DNA of 34,358 nucleotides from a virus (Duplodnaviria; Caudoviricetes): IMG/VR virus record IMGVR_UViG_3300017909_003998, positions 1 to 34,358 of that record. One strand, written 5' to 3'. Below the pieces are notes generated by a model. The model did no database searches and was not told the origin of the DNA. It was given only the letters and a program-made list of their open reading frames with translations. Shown piece after piece: positions 1-8,651 of the stretch (position 1 is the first letter of the stretch; each line of letters opens with the position of its first letter). Position numbers and translations under genes: made by a program.

Positions 1-251
1 GTATTTGCTGCACCAGTTGCAGTTGCTTTGTCGTAAATCTCTACCGTTACTCCTGTTGTTTGACCAACACCAGCAGCAACCAAACTATTAATCTTCAGTA
101 CTTTACCACTTGCGGCAGCATTAGAAACGATGGTGGTTACACCTGCAGTATTGATGGGAGTAGGTCCACCATCACCACCAGTATTGATTCCAGCAATAAA
201 TGTTGTTATGCCCGTGATAGTCGCAACATTTACAATATTCGGTGCAGCCAT
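1..251 (-). CDS. Adaptor-like beta-sandwich phage protein (MAAPNIVNV... type), 3' truncated by the window edge
   Basis: Not in the ORF track; read manually. ATG at 251, MAAPNIVNVATITG...SGKVLKINSL...VTVEIYD, open to base 1. AGAGG/AGGA SD-like sequence and ATAAATA lie upstream. Confidence 0.85.
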   Translation of the reverse strand, partial: MAAPNIVNVATITGITTFIAGINTGGDGGPTPINTAGVTTIVSNAAASGKVLKINSLVAAGVGQTTGVTVEIYDKATATGAAN

Positions 252-273
252 TTCCTACAATACCTCTTTTGTT

Positions 274-280
274 TATTTAT
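274..280 (-). promoter_or_regulatory. T4-type late promoter (ATAAATA)
   Basis: ATAAATA overlaps the stop of 280..591, about 22 nt upstream of the ATG at 251. Confidence 0.65.
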
Positions 281-591
281 CAACCGAACACCATAGACAA
301 TGCAATTGCCTTGCCTGGTGATGTTTTATTACTTAATTCGGTTGCAATCTCAGTAGACCCTCCACCGACATTAATTTTGATTGATGAATATGCAGTCAAG
401 ATACCAACCGTACTGATGCCAGATGCAGATGATGCATTGATATTACCTGTGATATTACCAGTTACATCACCAGTTAATGCACCATCAAAAGTTGTGGCAG
501 TTGCAACTCCAGTGACAATCGCACCCTTGGAAAAACCAACGGCAGATGTATCATCCTTATTTACAATATCATCAACTTGTAACTTTGACAT
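280..591 (-). CDS. Short fibre-segment/linker protein (MSKLQVDDI...GKAIALSMVFG)
   Basis: GAIVTGVATATTF and GDVTGNITGN fibre-type repeats; hydrophobic C-terminal peptide; paralogue of 3016..3333. Confidence 0.8.
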   Translation of the reverse strand: MSKLQVDDIVNKDDTSAVGFSKGAIVTGVATATTFDGALTGDVTGNITGNINASSASGISTVGILTAYSSIKINVGGGSTEIATELSNKTSPGKAIALSMVFG

Positions 592-608
592 GAGTTTATG
601 TTTTTAGG

Positions 609-615
609 TATTTAT
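609..615 (-). promoter_or_regulatory. T4-type late promoter (ATAAATA)
   Basis: ATAAATA overlaps the TGA of 615..2627, upstream of the start at 591. Confidence 0.65.
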
Positions 616-2627
616 CAGGTTGGGTATGCGATGAGAATGAGTCCAGATCCGCCATTTCCTGCCTTACTTGAAGCATCAGATGGACCTGCTCCTCCTCCAC
701 CACCTCCGGTATTTTCGGCACCTGTAAGTCCTACACGGGGATCAGGTGATAATGCATTTCCACCACCTTTTCCTCCTCCACCAGATCCACCTGGTCCTCC
801 CGTACCTGAACCACCAGAAGTAGAACCACCTCCACCTCCACCAGCAACATAATACGATCCACCAGGGCCCGGTTGTCCTAATCCTGAGTTTGGATCATGG
901 AAATCAGGTGGAAGTCTCATACCTTCTCCACCTAGTCCACCACCAGGAGGTCCTGAACCTGGATTTTGTCCTCCGGTGCCTCCAGCGCCACCGCCTCCAG
1001 CGCCACCGCCAGGTCCAGGATTGTGATCTGCTCCGTTATTTCCCCAACCATTAGCGGGTGATGTAAATGGAGCACTACCTGGGAATGGATCACCAGTTCC
1101 AGTTCCTCCAGGATTTCCATTATAATATCCACCACCACCTGAACCACCATTTCTAGCATTATTAGCTGAACCACCTCCACCACCACCATCGGCGGAGACA
1201 TTTGTTCCAGGCCAAGCTAACTCAGAATTAGATCCATCTTGACCTGCACTATTGGTTCCTTTACTTCCAGATCCACCTGCACCAATAGTAAACGTAGATG
1301 CGAATGGTCCAGTCATTGTTAATTGACCAATTTTTACGGCACCAGCACCTCCGCCACCACCACCATATGTGGGAGCCCTTCCTCCTGATGCGCCTCCGCC
1401 AATAATTACATAATCTACGGTTTCACTAAATGATGCGGGTGCGGTGAATGTTGCAGTCTTATTGAACACATGAATGGTTTTATTATTATAAAAACTAACT
1501 ACACCACCAGATGCTTTTGCTGTTTGAGTTGATCCAATTATGTATCTAACTAATACAATGCCTGATCCACCATTTCCACCAAAGTCTCCTGCACTATTGT
1601 GTAAGTTTGCTCCACCACCACCTCCACCGCCTCCGGTGCTAGCTCCACCATGTCCACCATATCCTGTTGATCTATCATTTCCATCTTGACCATCAGCACC
1701 ATAACTACTACCACCACCAGATCCTTGATTATAGGAAGCAGGTGCAGGATTTAATGATCCACCACCACCTCCACCGAGACCACCATCACCACCATCGGTA
1801 TTATTAGGACCATAAACAGCACCACCGCCGCCACCACCAAAATAGTAAGGAGTTCCTAAGAAATTTGGTGCTTGATATCCATCACCACCATTTTGATTGG
1901 TTGCACTAGCACCGGCACCACCACCTCCACCATGAGTGCCTGGACCGGAACCAGTTGAATCAGCACCAGCTCTTGCTGAATATGGATTATCGAAAGTTGA
2001 TGGAACTGCTTGTCCAGATCCACCCTGAGTGGATGGCGAAGATCCCGATGGACCTTGACCACCACCACCGCCACATCCGCCATTAGGATTACCATCGCCA
2101 GCGTCGGTGCCAGGATATCCAGCACCACCACCACCACCGCCTGCGGTGTATGTTGTTGGTCCAGATGGATCTAAGAATGTGGTATCGCCCCCAGTAGCTC
2201 CTCCAACTCCACCACCAGCATCATTACCATTACCACCACCTCCACCAGCACCGATGGTTATAGTATAAGATCGAGACTCAGCAGTAACATAATCATTTTT
2301 AAGGAGAACACCTCCTCCACCACCTGCACCACTATTGTCTCCACCACCACCGCCTCCGGCACCTACTATGAGGAGATCTACATTATTGGTAAATTCTCCA
2401 GTTGCTGTGTTGTTTACAGTAAAGGTTCCTGATGATGTAAAGATGTGAGCTCTATAAACATCAGATCCAACAGTAAAATCACTAATTATACCACCAGTTG
2501 CTGATAAACTGGCTGCGGCTTCATATGCAGCATCTCTATAAGTATGAAACTGCCTTCCTTTTCCACTTACTAAAAAACCTAAGAGGTCAGATCCTCTATT
2601 ATCTGCTTGAGAACTTCTTCCTGCCAT
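615..2627 (-). CDS. Glycine-rich putative adhesin/receptor-binding protein with two tandem polyglycine-rich domains
   Basis: Two repeats, each running from A(T/S)GG...H(I/V)F...F-T...VDxxIxGxG to GNGGSG(I/L)xLxxY, with many GGGGG runs. Resembles gp38-like polyglycine-II sandwiches. Confidence 0.8.
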   Translation of the reverse strand: MAGRSSQADNRGSDLLGFLVSGKGRQFHTYRDAAYEAAASLSATGGIISDFTVGSDVYRAHIFTSSGTFTVNNTATGEFTNNVDLLIVGAGGGGGGDNSGAGGGGGVLLKNDYVTAESRSYTITIGAGGGGGNGNDAGGGVGGATGGDTTFLDPSGPTTYTAGGGGGGAGYPGTDAGDGNPNGGCGGGGGQGPSGSSPSTQGGSGQAVPSTFDNPYSARAGADSTGSGPGTHGGGGGAGASATNQNGGDGYQAPNFLGTPYYFGGGGGGAVYGPNNTDGGDGGLGGGGGGSLNPAPASYNQGSGGGSSYGADGQDGNDRSTGYGGHGGASTGGGGGGGGANLHNSAGDFGGNGGSGIVLVRYIIGSTQTAKASGGVVSFYNNKTIHVFNKTATFTAPASFSETVDYVIIGGGASGGRAPTYGGGGGGAGAVKIGQLTMTGPFASTFTIGAGGSGSKGTNSAGQDGSNSELAWPGTNVSADGGGGGGSANNARNGGSGGGGYYNGNPGGTGTGDPFPGSAPFTSPANGWGNNGADHNPGPGGGAGGGGAGGTGGQNPGSGPPGGGLGGEGMRLPPDFHDPNSGLGQPGPGGSYYVAGGGGGGSTSGGSGTGGPGGSGGGGKGGGNALSPDPRVGLTGAENTGGGGGGAGPSDASSKAGNGGSGLILIAYPT

Positions 2628-2630
2628 TTA

Positions 2631-2993
2631 TCAACCCTCTCTATCACCAAGGACCAATACGTTTAATGCCTCAGATGAACTCTCATTGTAAATCAAAACA
2701 CTATCACCATTATCGTTTAATGTGATAGGGTAAGCATTCTCAAAGAAATATGTGTCTTCTGTTGAAATACCAAGTCTTGCGATTCTAGTAATCGACGATG
2801 CTGTTCCAATGGCACCACTGCCAGTCGTAGGAACGATATGAATTTGTGCGTTTAGAGTAGAATTTGAATCCAAACTATGAAGTTCGATTGCGCGAATATA
2901 CGCAGTTTGCGCCGAACCCACAGTGTAAACCACTTGTGTAGATGCAGCACCAACCTGGAAGATACTACCTAAACCTACCTGTGCAAGAGCCAT
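2631..2993 (-). CDS. Adaptor-like ~120-aa beta-sandwich phage protein
   Basis: VYTV...TAYIRAI...YPITL..GDSV...LNVLVLG pattern, similar in layout to 8651..9202; 3 nt from the next gene. Confidence 0.75.
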   Translation of the reverse strand: MALAQVGLGSIFQVGAASTQVVYTVGSAQTAYIRAIELHSLDSNSTLNAQIHIVPTTGSGAIGTASSITRIARLGISTEDTYFFENAYPITLNDNGDSVLIYNESSSEALNVLVLGDREG

Positions 2994-3015
2994 TGTATTC
3001 CCGTTTTAGTTTTAT

Positions 3016-3333
3016 TTAGACGAAGAGCATTGCCTTCAGAACATTAGTTCCCTCTACTCCAGTGAGGTTACTTCCAGATCCTTCAAATGATGTCGCAGTA
3101 ACAATACCTGTAACATTGATACCACCAGTTGAAAGTGTGTTTGCAGTTCCAACAACAGCAGTGGTAACAGTTGCAGTGGTAACAGTTGCAGTGGTAATTG
3201 TTGATGCAGTAGAAACAAGGTCTCCACTAAACTGAGTTGCAGTTGCTACACCAGTTACAATGGCACCATCAGGCATTGTGGGTGGAGTGCCAGATGATCT
3301 TCCTCTTAAATTAGTTACTCTTAAATCTGACAT
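3016..3333 (-). CDS. Short fibre-segment/linker protein (MSDLRVTNL...NVLKAMLFV)
   Basis: GAIVTGVATATQF, TTATV repeats, GIVTATSFEGSGSNLTG; start overlaps the upstream stop (TGATG). Confidence 0.8.
   Translation of the reverse strand: MSDLRVTNLRGRSSGTPPTMPDGAIVTGVATATQFSGDLVSTASTITTATVTTATVTTAVVGTANTLSTGGINVTGIVTATSFEGSGSNLTGVEGTNVLKAMLFV
3161..3197. repeat. 15-bp coding tandem repeat (about 2.5 copies, TTATV)
   Basis: gtggtaacagttgca gtggtaacagttgca gtggtaa. Confidence 0.7.
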
Positions 3334-4031
3334 CAGAGGTCTCCGATTTGAAGGATATCAATAATCATGGTCTTACCAGCACCAACAGTAACCGCAGCAC
3401 CAGAATTAATTTCAATGTTAGGTGTGACACTAACAATAATAGATGTACTCAGACCTGCACTAGAGGTATCAAGCAACATATCCTCCCTAACCTGAGCAAA
3501 TCTATCAATATAACTGAATGGTGATGCAGTAGCACCATCGGCATATTTAATAGCAGTGCCAAGTCCTCCACCGCCTCCACCAGCAATGCTGATGTCAACA
3601 GTTTTGGTAGAAGAGTTATACTCAAGAGTATTACCAGCACCAACAAAATTCAGTGCAGTGATAACACCAGTTGTGATGTTAGTGCTTGCAGACTGAATAC
3701 CAATATTAATACCACCAGTAACATTCAGTTCACCACTGATTGTTTGAGTGCTTACATCTGGTTGAATCGCATTTGCAATTCTAAAATCATCAAAGATCTG
3801 AAACTCAAGAGTATCACCTTCGTTCGATGCAGTTAATAAAGTAACTGAAGAACCATCTCTTGCAGTATAATCTTGCCCATCAACCAGTCTTACACCATTA
3901 CGGAATACAGCAAGTTGATTGATGCGATAACCACCAGTGACTGTAAACAGAGTTTGATCTGCTGTTGCAGTTACACTGATGGTTTTAGACGCAACATTAT
4001 TTGTTAATGTTATAGGATTGCCTATTGCCAT
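3333..4031 (-). CDS. Fibre branch protein with N-terminal beta domain and C-terminal IEINSGAAVTVGAGKTMII motif
   Basis: N-terminal domain TATADQTLF...VFRNGVRL..GQDYT..DG is homologous to the N-terminal domain of 7803..8651. Confidence 0.8.
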   Translation of the reverse strand: MAIGNPITLTNNVASKTISVTATADQTLFTVTGGYRINQLAVFRNGVRLVDGQDYTARDGSSVTLLTASNEGDTLEFQIFDDFRIANAIQPDVSTQTISGELNVTGGINIGIQSASTNITTGVITALNFVGAGNTLEYNSSTKTVDISIAGGGGGGLGTAIKYADGATASPFSYIDRFAQVREDMLLDTSSAGLSTSIIVSVTPNIEINSGAAVTVGAGKTMIIDILQIGDL

Positions 4032-4049
4032 CGCATTTATTTTTTTAGT

Positions 4050-4056
4050 TATTTAT
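4050..4056 (-). promoter_or_regulatory. T4-type late promoter (ATAAATA)
   Basis: Lies just downstream of the terminator and 18 nt upstream of the ATG at 4031. Confidence 0.7.
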
Positions 4057-4062
4057 GTCAAT

Positions 4063-4090
4063 AAAAAAAGGAGGGTCTTAAACCCTCCTT
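4063..4090 (-). terminator. Rho-independent terminator
   Basis: AAGGAGGGT-TTAAG-ACCCTCCTT stem-loop followed by a U-tract on the minus strand, right after the stop at 4095. Confidence 0.85.
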
Positions 4091-4094
4091 GTGA

Positions 4095-4544
4095 TTATTC
4101 AGGAGTGGTGAGTGTCCATCCTGCTGTTTTCGGATCTGAAGTATCTGCTTGATATGCTGATTCATCCCAGGTGTAATAAGAACCTGCTGCTCTTTGATCA
4201 TCAGTCAGAGCAGGTGCATCTCCAAGTGGTGAATACCATTGTGCAGTGTTAACACCAACAGTCCAAGAAGCATAAGGTTGCTGACTGATAAAGATATCAG
4301 TAGAAGCAACACCTAAAGTAGCAACATTGCTCATGTAGGTATATCCAATACCTGCATAGTTGCCTCTCATATTAGCATTATAAGAGGTCTGCTTCCAGTT
4401 GGTATCAGCACCAAGGAGTTTCTGACAGAAAGCAACACCAATGCTTTCGGTTTCTACGCCGTTGGAATCGGATGTGTCATCGTTGCTCACAACAATGACC
4501 TGAGTTACCACATTGTTTTCATCTAGTTGTGCAAAATGAGCCAT
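4095..4544 (-). CDS. Conserved phage hypothetical protein (MAHFAQL... family), fibre-associated
   Basis: MAHFAQLDENNVV...WKQTSYN...RGNYAGIGYTY...PYASW motifs, which I recall occurring near glycine-rich phage genes. Confidence 0.75.
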   Translation of the reverse strand: MAHFAQLDENNVVTQVIVVSNDDTSDSNGVETESIGVAFCQKLLGADTNWKQTSYNANMRGNYAGIGYTYMSNVATLGVASTDIFISQQPYASWTVGVNTAQWYSPLGDAPALTDDQRAAGSYYTWDESAYQADTSDPKTAGWTLTTPE

Positions 4545-4597
4545 CTTTTATATTGACTGTAAATTTTAGATATTTAGGATTATAGCAATCCTTTGGT

Positions 4598-4604
4598 TAT
4601 TTAT
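4598..4604 (-). promoter_or_regulatory. T4-type late promoter (ATAAATA)
   Basis: Intergenic ATAAATA upstream of 4544; a CTAAATA variant also lies at 4571-4577. Confidence 0.55.
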
Positions 4605-4629
4605 GTCAAAGTCAAGCATAGAATCATCT

Positions 4630-5202
4630 TTATTCAGAAAAAATAGTTGATGGCCAAGAAGGAACAAAATTGACCGCTTGTAGACTTGTAATCGTATCAG
4701 CACTGTTAATGTTTTGTGCAACTTCTTCTTGAATAGCACTAACATCATTTGAATATTGATTAATAAAATTAACTATCTGTTGTGCATCTGCTTTTGTTAT
4801 CGTTGCTGTTTCACCAATAAAATCCCAAGAGAACGTATCAGTATCTGCACTAGTTGAAGAAACAATTAATGATAATCCAACCTTTGTATCATTATCTGGG
4901 ATGAAGTTTTTTCCATTCCATGTTAGAACTTCAACGAGTTTTGTTTTCTTTTCTCTTCTAATCTCTGCCTTTATATTATTTTTACTAATTTCCAACCATT
5001 CTGGTTCATGTGAATAACCAGTAAAATCAAAAGTTTCAAAAGGGACCCATGCATAGTCGGGATATCCCGCCCAAGTCATATCAGACAATTTTTCATCTGA
5101 AAATAAATTTAATCCATTGACATTTTTCCAGTTTTCTGGAAGTTTTTGAACCAAATCATCAATTCTTGTTAGAGTTTTATTTACATAAGTGTAATAACTC
5201 AT
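4630..5202 (-). CDS. Putative tail-fibre assembly/chaperone-like protein (DUF4376-like)
   Basis: LPENWKNVNGL...LSDMTW N-terminus; C-terminal K..I...K...W.G..F..D..T...W...ITK.D...I..A.T...L...W layout; ATGA overlap with the upstream gene. Confidence 0.6.
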   Translation of the reverse strand: MSYYTYVNKTLTRIDDLVQKLPENWKNVNGLNLFSDEKLSDMTWAGYPDYAWVPFETFDFTGYSHEPEWLEISKNNIKAEIRREKKTKLVEVLTWNGKNFIPDNDTKVGLSLIVSSTSADTDTFSWDFIGETATITKADAQQIVNFINQYSNDVSAIQEEVAQNINSADTITSLQAVNFVPSWPSTIFSE

Positions 5203-5705
5203 TTTTCTGTCTCCTCAGATTTTTTTCTGGTTCTCTTTTTGGGTTTTGATTCCTCAAGTGCTTTTGGTTCTTCCTTTTCACCATACAACCTTTTACGTTG
5301 CTCTTCTATATGTTTTCCGTCTAATTGCCACGCGGCTGCACCCTTCCAAGCAATCTTGTCAAAACCAATTCTTTGGTCAATAACTTCTTCCCATCCACGC
5401 CAAGATGCAAAATCAACCTTTGGTCTCATTGCAATCTCTACACCAACACCAGCTGCGAGTTGTTCAATAAACTCAATACATTCAGTTGGTTGCATTTGAG
5501 CATACATGAAGTTATTTTCTGTACGCATCGAAACCTCAACAACACCACCAAATGCTGTTCCACAAGTGATAGAACGAGCACGATGTCTCAATGAATTCAT
5601 TGAGTCGAGTTCATTCTCTTCATAAAGTTCATTAATTCTTTTTCTGGTTGATGATTCCGTGAATACTTTATCATCCTCATTCTCAATTCTTTTTTTCTTC
5701 GACAT
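5199..5705 (-). CDS. Conserved phage hypothetical protein
   Basis: RARSITCGTAFGGVVEVSMR...QPTE..E.IEQLAA..G..IAMRP..DFASWRGW core with charged termini; tight operon spacing. Confidence 0.75.
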   Translation of the reverse strand: MSKKKRIENEDDKVFTESSTRKRINELYEENELDSMNSLRHRARSITCGTAFGGVVEVSMRTENNFMYAQMQPTECIEFIEQLAAGVGVEIAMRPKVDFASWRGWEEVIDQRIGFDKIAWKGAAAWQLDGKHIEEQRKRLYGEKEEPKALEESKPKKRTRKKSEETEK

Positions 5706-5721
5706 AAATCAATAACTAATT

Positions 5722-7194
5722 CTATACCTGATTATTTATATCCCAAGTGACAGTTACGAATCCACCAGGAGCAACTGTGATTGGATATGTTGTTGCTGGA
5801 GTGATTGCAACAGGAAAACTTGTTGATGGATTTGCAGTTCCACCTGCTCCACCTGCTCCACCAGTTCCAGGATTTCCATCACTTCCTGCTCCACCTGCTC
5901 CACCACCAGATCCAGGATTACCAGCAGTTCCAGTTGACCCAGGATTTCCAGTACCACCAGGATTTCCAGCGTTTCCAGCGGCACCACCGCCGCCTCCGCC
6001 TCCACCATCGCCGGCAGCACCACCGCCTCCGCCGTAGCTATTAGGTCCATTTCCATTTCCGCCAGCACCGCCGTCTCCACCATTCCCACCAGATCCACCA
6101 GTACCGCCACCAGGTCCGCCACCACCTCCAGATCCACCAGATCCACCAGAACCGCCAGCAGTGCCTTGACCACCACCACCAGAGTTACCTTTTGCACCTC
6201 GACCACCGCCAGGGTTTCCACCAAAACCTTCATGTGGGTTTGAGTCAAATCGTCCATATGAACCACCATTATTTCCAGGTGATCCTTCTCCACGGTGACC
6301 GCGTTTACCTGCTGTTCCACCATTTCCGCCAGAACCACCAGTTCCTCCACTACCAGCAGATCCACCACTTCCTACTGTTCCAGGGTTGCCAGGATTGCCA
6401 GCATTTCCTGCAGAACCACCAGCTCCATTATTTCCATCATTTCCAGCATTAGCAAGTCCAGCAGAACCACCAGCTCCACCAGAGAATATTACACCAAAAG
6501 CACTCGATGATGCACCAGTATTTCCTGGATTACCTGGAGTTCCCGCTTGTCCCAAAGTTCTTCCTGTTCCAGGATTTCCAGTGACTCCAGGATTTCCATT
6601 GAAGTTAGCGGGTTGAACAAAAGTTCCGCTATTGCCAGTAAAACCACTACCTGCTGCACCAGGATTTCCATTTTGTGCATTATCTGCCGCATCGAATCCA
6701 GGTTCACCATTATTACCTGATCCACCAGGAGTTCCAACTCCGCCTGGACCACCACCTGCTCCACCAGATCCAGTACCACCAGAACCACCACCAGATCCAG
6801 GATTTCCAGGATTTCCAGGATTTCCACCAGATCCAGGATTTCCACCACTATTATTGCTAGGACCACCACCGCCGCCTCCGCCGCCTCCTCCGCCGCCTCC
6901 AGCACCACCGCCGCCGCGACCAGGAGATCCTGCGTTTCCACCACCATCATTTCCTGAATTTCCAAATCCAGCATCACCACCAGTTCCAAAAGTTCCAGGA
7001 TTGCCAGGATTTCCTGCGGAACCACCAGCTCCCCCAGATCCAGCATTACCATCGTTTCCTGAAGCACCTTGTCCAGTAACTCTTACACCAGAAATTCTTG
7101 TAGGAGCAGTCCAAGTACCAGGAGCATTGAATGTCTGTGAGAATTCCCCTGCTCTAGCGTCTAGCGGGCTTAGAATAACTTTGTTAATTGGCAT
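5722..7194 (-). CDS. Gly-Asn-Pro/polyglycine repeat protein (putative elongated adhesin)
   Basis: FNAPGTWTAP N-cap and TYPITVAPGGFVTVTW C-cap enclose long G-X-X repeats with about 17 GNPG units. Confidence 0.8.
   Translation of the reverse strand: MPINKVILSPLDARAGEFSQTFNAPGTWTAPTRISGVRVTGQGASGNDGNAGSGGAGGSAGNPGNPGTFGTGGDAGFGNSGNDGGGNAGSPGRGGGGAGGGGGGGGGGGGGPSNNSGGNPGSGGNPGNPGNPGSGGGSGGTGSGGAGGGPGGVGTPGGSGNNGEPGFDAADNAQNGNPGAAGSGFTGNSGTFVQPANFNGNPGVTGNPGTGRTLGQAGTPGNPGNTGASSSAFGVIFSGGAGGSAGLANAGNDGNNGAGGSAGNAGNPGNPGTVGSGGSAGSGGTGGSGGNGGTAGKRGHRGEGSPGNNGGSYGRFDSNPHEGFGGNPGGGRGAKGNSGGGGQGTAGGSGGSGGSGGGGGPGGGTGGSGGNGGDGGAGGNGNGPNSYGGGGGAAGDGGGGGGGGAAGNAGNPGGTGNPGSTGTAGNPGSGGGAGGAGSDGNPGTGGAGGAGGTANPSTSFPVAITPATTYPITVAPGGFVTVTWDINNQV
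5733..5740 (-). promoter_or_regulatory. T4 late promoter consensus TATAAATA
   Basis: Perfect consensus inside the 3' end of 5722..7194, 27 nt upstream of the ATG at 5705. Confidence 0.65.
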
Positions 7195-7197
7195 TGA

Positions 7198-7797
7198 TTA
7201 TCCTAAATGAAACCACCCAGTTATGATATATTTAGATTTATTTCCATAAACAACGTTACCTCTATGTGGATGTGTAAATCCCGCAGGCCATATGATGCAA
7301 GTATTTTCTTTTGGTGGTATTCTCAATCGTTGATATAAAAATTCAGTTTCACCTGCCCCATCTTCATCAATATTATTTAAGTAAATGGCATAAGCAAGTT
7401 CTCTTCTTTCATTTCCATCTGTATGATTTCTTTCACAGTGCCAAACATGATATCCTGATCCAGGATCAGTTTTTTGAATTTTAATATTATTGCATATGAT
7501 GTTTATGCCCTTCAATATGTCATATTCTTCTTCATAATCACTAAAACACTCTTGTAAACCATCCCAAAATATTTTGAAAGATGATTTATCATTAAAAGAT
7601 GACAAATTATAATCTTTGTAATTTAAGAAGGTGTGAGTATCATCTTTATAAGTTTTGTTCGCACCTTCACTTTGTTTTCGATTTGAAGTAATTCCACTAC
7701 GATTCAGTCTTTCAAATTCATCAATTAAATGCTGACAGAAGTATTCTGGAAATACATTCTCATACATCCCAATGAATTGATTATATTTTGCATTCAT
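7198..7797 (-). CDS. 2OG-Fe(II) oxygenase, prolyl 4-hydroxylase-like
   Basis: YHVWHCE (HxE), IYLN...GETEF, WPAGFTHPHRG (distal His) and KYIITGW (2OG-binding Lys). Confidence 0.9.
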   Translation of the reverse strand: MNAKYNQFIGMYENVFPEYFCQHLIDEFERLNRSGITSNRKQSEGANKTYKDDTHTFLNYKDYNLSSFNDKSSFKIFWDGLQECFSDYEEEYDILKGINIICNNIKIQKTDPGSGYHVWHCERNHTDGNERRELAYAIYLNNIDEDGAGETEFLYQRLRIPPKENTCIIWPAGFTHPHRGNVVYGNKSKYIITGWFHLG

Positions 7798-7802
7798 AAG
7801 TA

Positions 7803-8651
7803 TTAGACATTATAATTAACAACATTTAAATTTCCTAACCAGTTTGTGCCACCATCACTAGTGATAAATGACCAAATATCTGTTCTTCCATCAGTAGTGG
7901 TTCTGGTTGGGGTTACTCCTGCAGACCATTCAACTGATGCTGGCCATGTAATACTAAAAGGTCCTCCACTACCATTTTTTAATTGAATAACAAAAGAATA
8001 TACTTGAGATGGAGCATTTGTATAATCAAATGTAAAAGCACAGGATTGATCTAGTGTTGCCTTGAACCAATTTCCATTCGCAAGATTATATGTATAAGAC
8101 CCTCCAAGATTTCCGACATCAATTAGTTTTTCACTGTACACTTCAAGAGTAAGATTTTCTAAATAACTAGTTTTTCCAACTCCAGCAGTTCCAGCAGTTA
8201 TAATACCAGTAGCGGTAATATCACTAGCAGTAATATCATTAACAGTGATATCTGGAGTGCCACTAAGGCCAAATGCTGTTGTCGCAAAAGAAACTGATGT
8301 TCCTGCTCCAAGTGTAGAAGTTCCGTTTACAGTTAGGTTACCACCAACTGTAAAGTTACCTGATGCAGAATCAATCGTTGCAGCATTAAATGCTTTATAT
8401 GTTACTGCCTCAAGTGCGTCTCCGTCTTGTGCTCCACCATTTAATATTGAAAATGTTGCTCCATCAGAGGAAGTGTAATCACTTCCTTCTATCATTTTTA
8501 CGCCATTGATATAGACATCAAAGTATCCTGGGGTATATCCAGAAGTAAATGTAAAGTCTGTTGTAACTCCACTAGCAGTATAACTTTGCCTTGAGACTGT
8601 AACTGTAGAGTCACTAGGTGCTCTTCCAATATAACCGTTTCTATCTGGCAT
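7803..8651 (-). CDS. Fibre branch protein (N-terminal YIGRAP motif; C-terminal ITWP...W..G..PT.TT...RTDI.SF domain)
   Basis: N-terminal domain shared with 3333..4031; C-terminal domain shared with the end of 12437..18352. Confidence 0.8.
   Translation of the reverse strand: MPDRNGYIGRAPSDSTVTVSRQSYTASGVTTDFTFTSGYTPGYFDVYINGVKMIEGSDYTSSDGATFSILNGGAQDGDALEAVTYKAFNAATIDSASGNFTVGGNLTVNGTSTLGAGTSVSFATTAFGLSGTPDITVNDITASDITATGIITAGTAGVGKTSYLENLTLEVYSEKLIDVGNLGGSYTYNLANGNWFKATLDQSCAFTFDYTNAPSQVYSFVIQLKNGSGGPFSITWPASVEWSAGVTPTRTTTDGRTDIWSFITSDGGTNWLGNLNVVNYNV

Noticed and set aside
6790-6845. 9-bp tandem repeats (ccaggattt) as a possible CRISPR or non-coding array
   Set aside because: They encode GNP repeats and have no spacers.
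598-7210. Plus-strand Pro-rich ORFs (e.g. 598..852, 5747..6037, 6632..7210) and Val/Leu/Glu-rich alternative-frame minus ORFs
   Set aside because: They are shadows of GGN-rich codons in the glycine-rich genes and have no independent signals.
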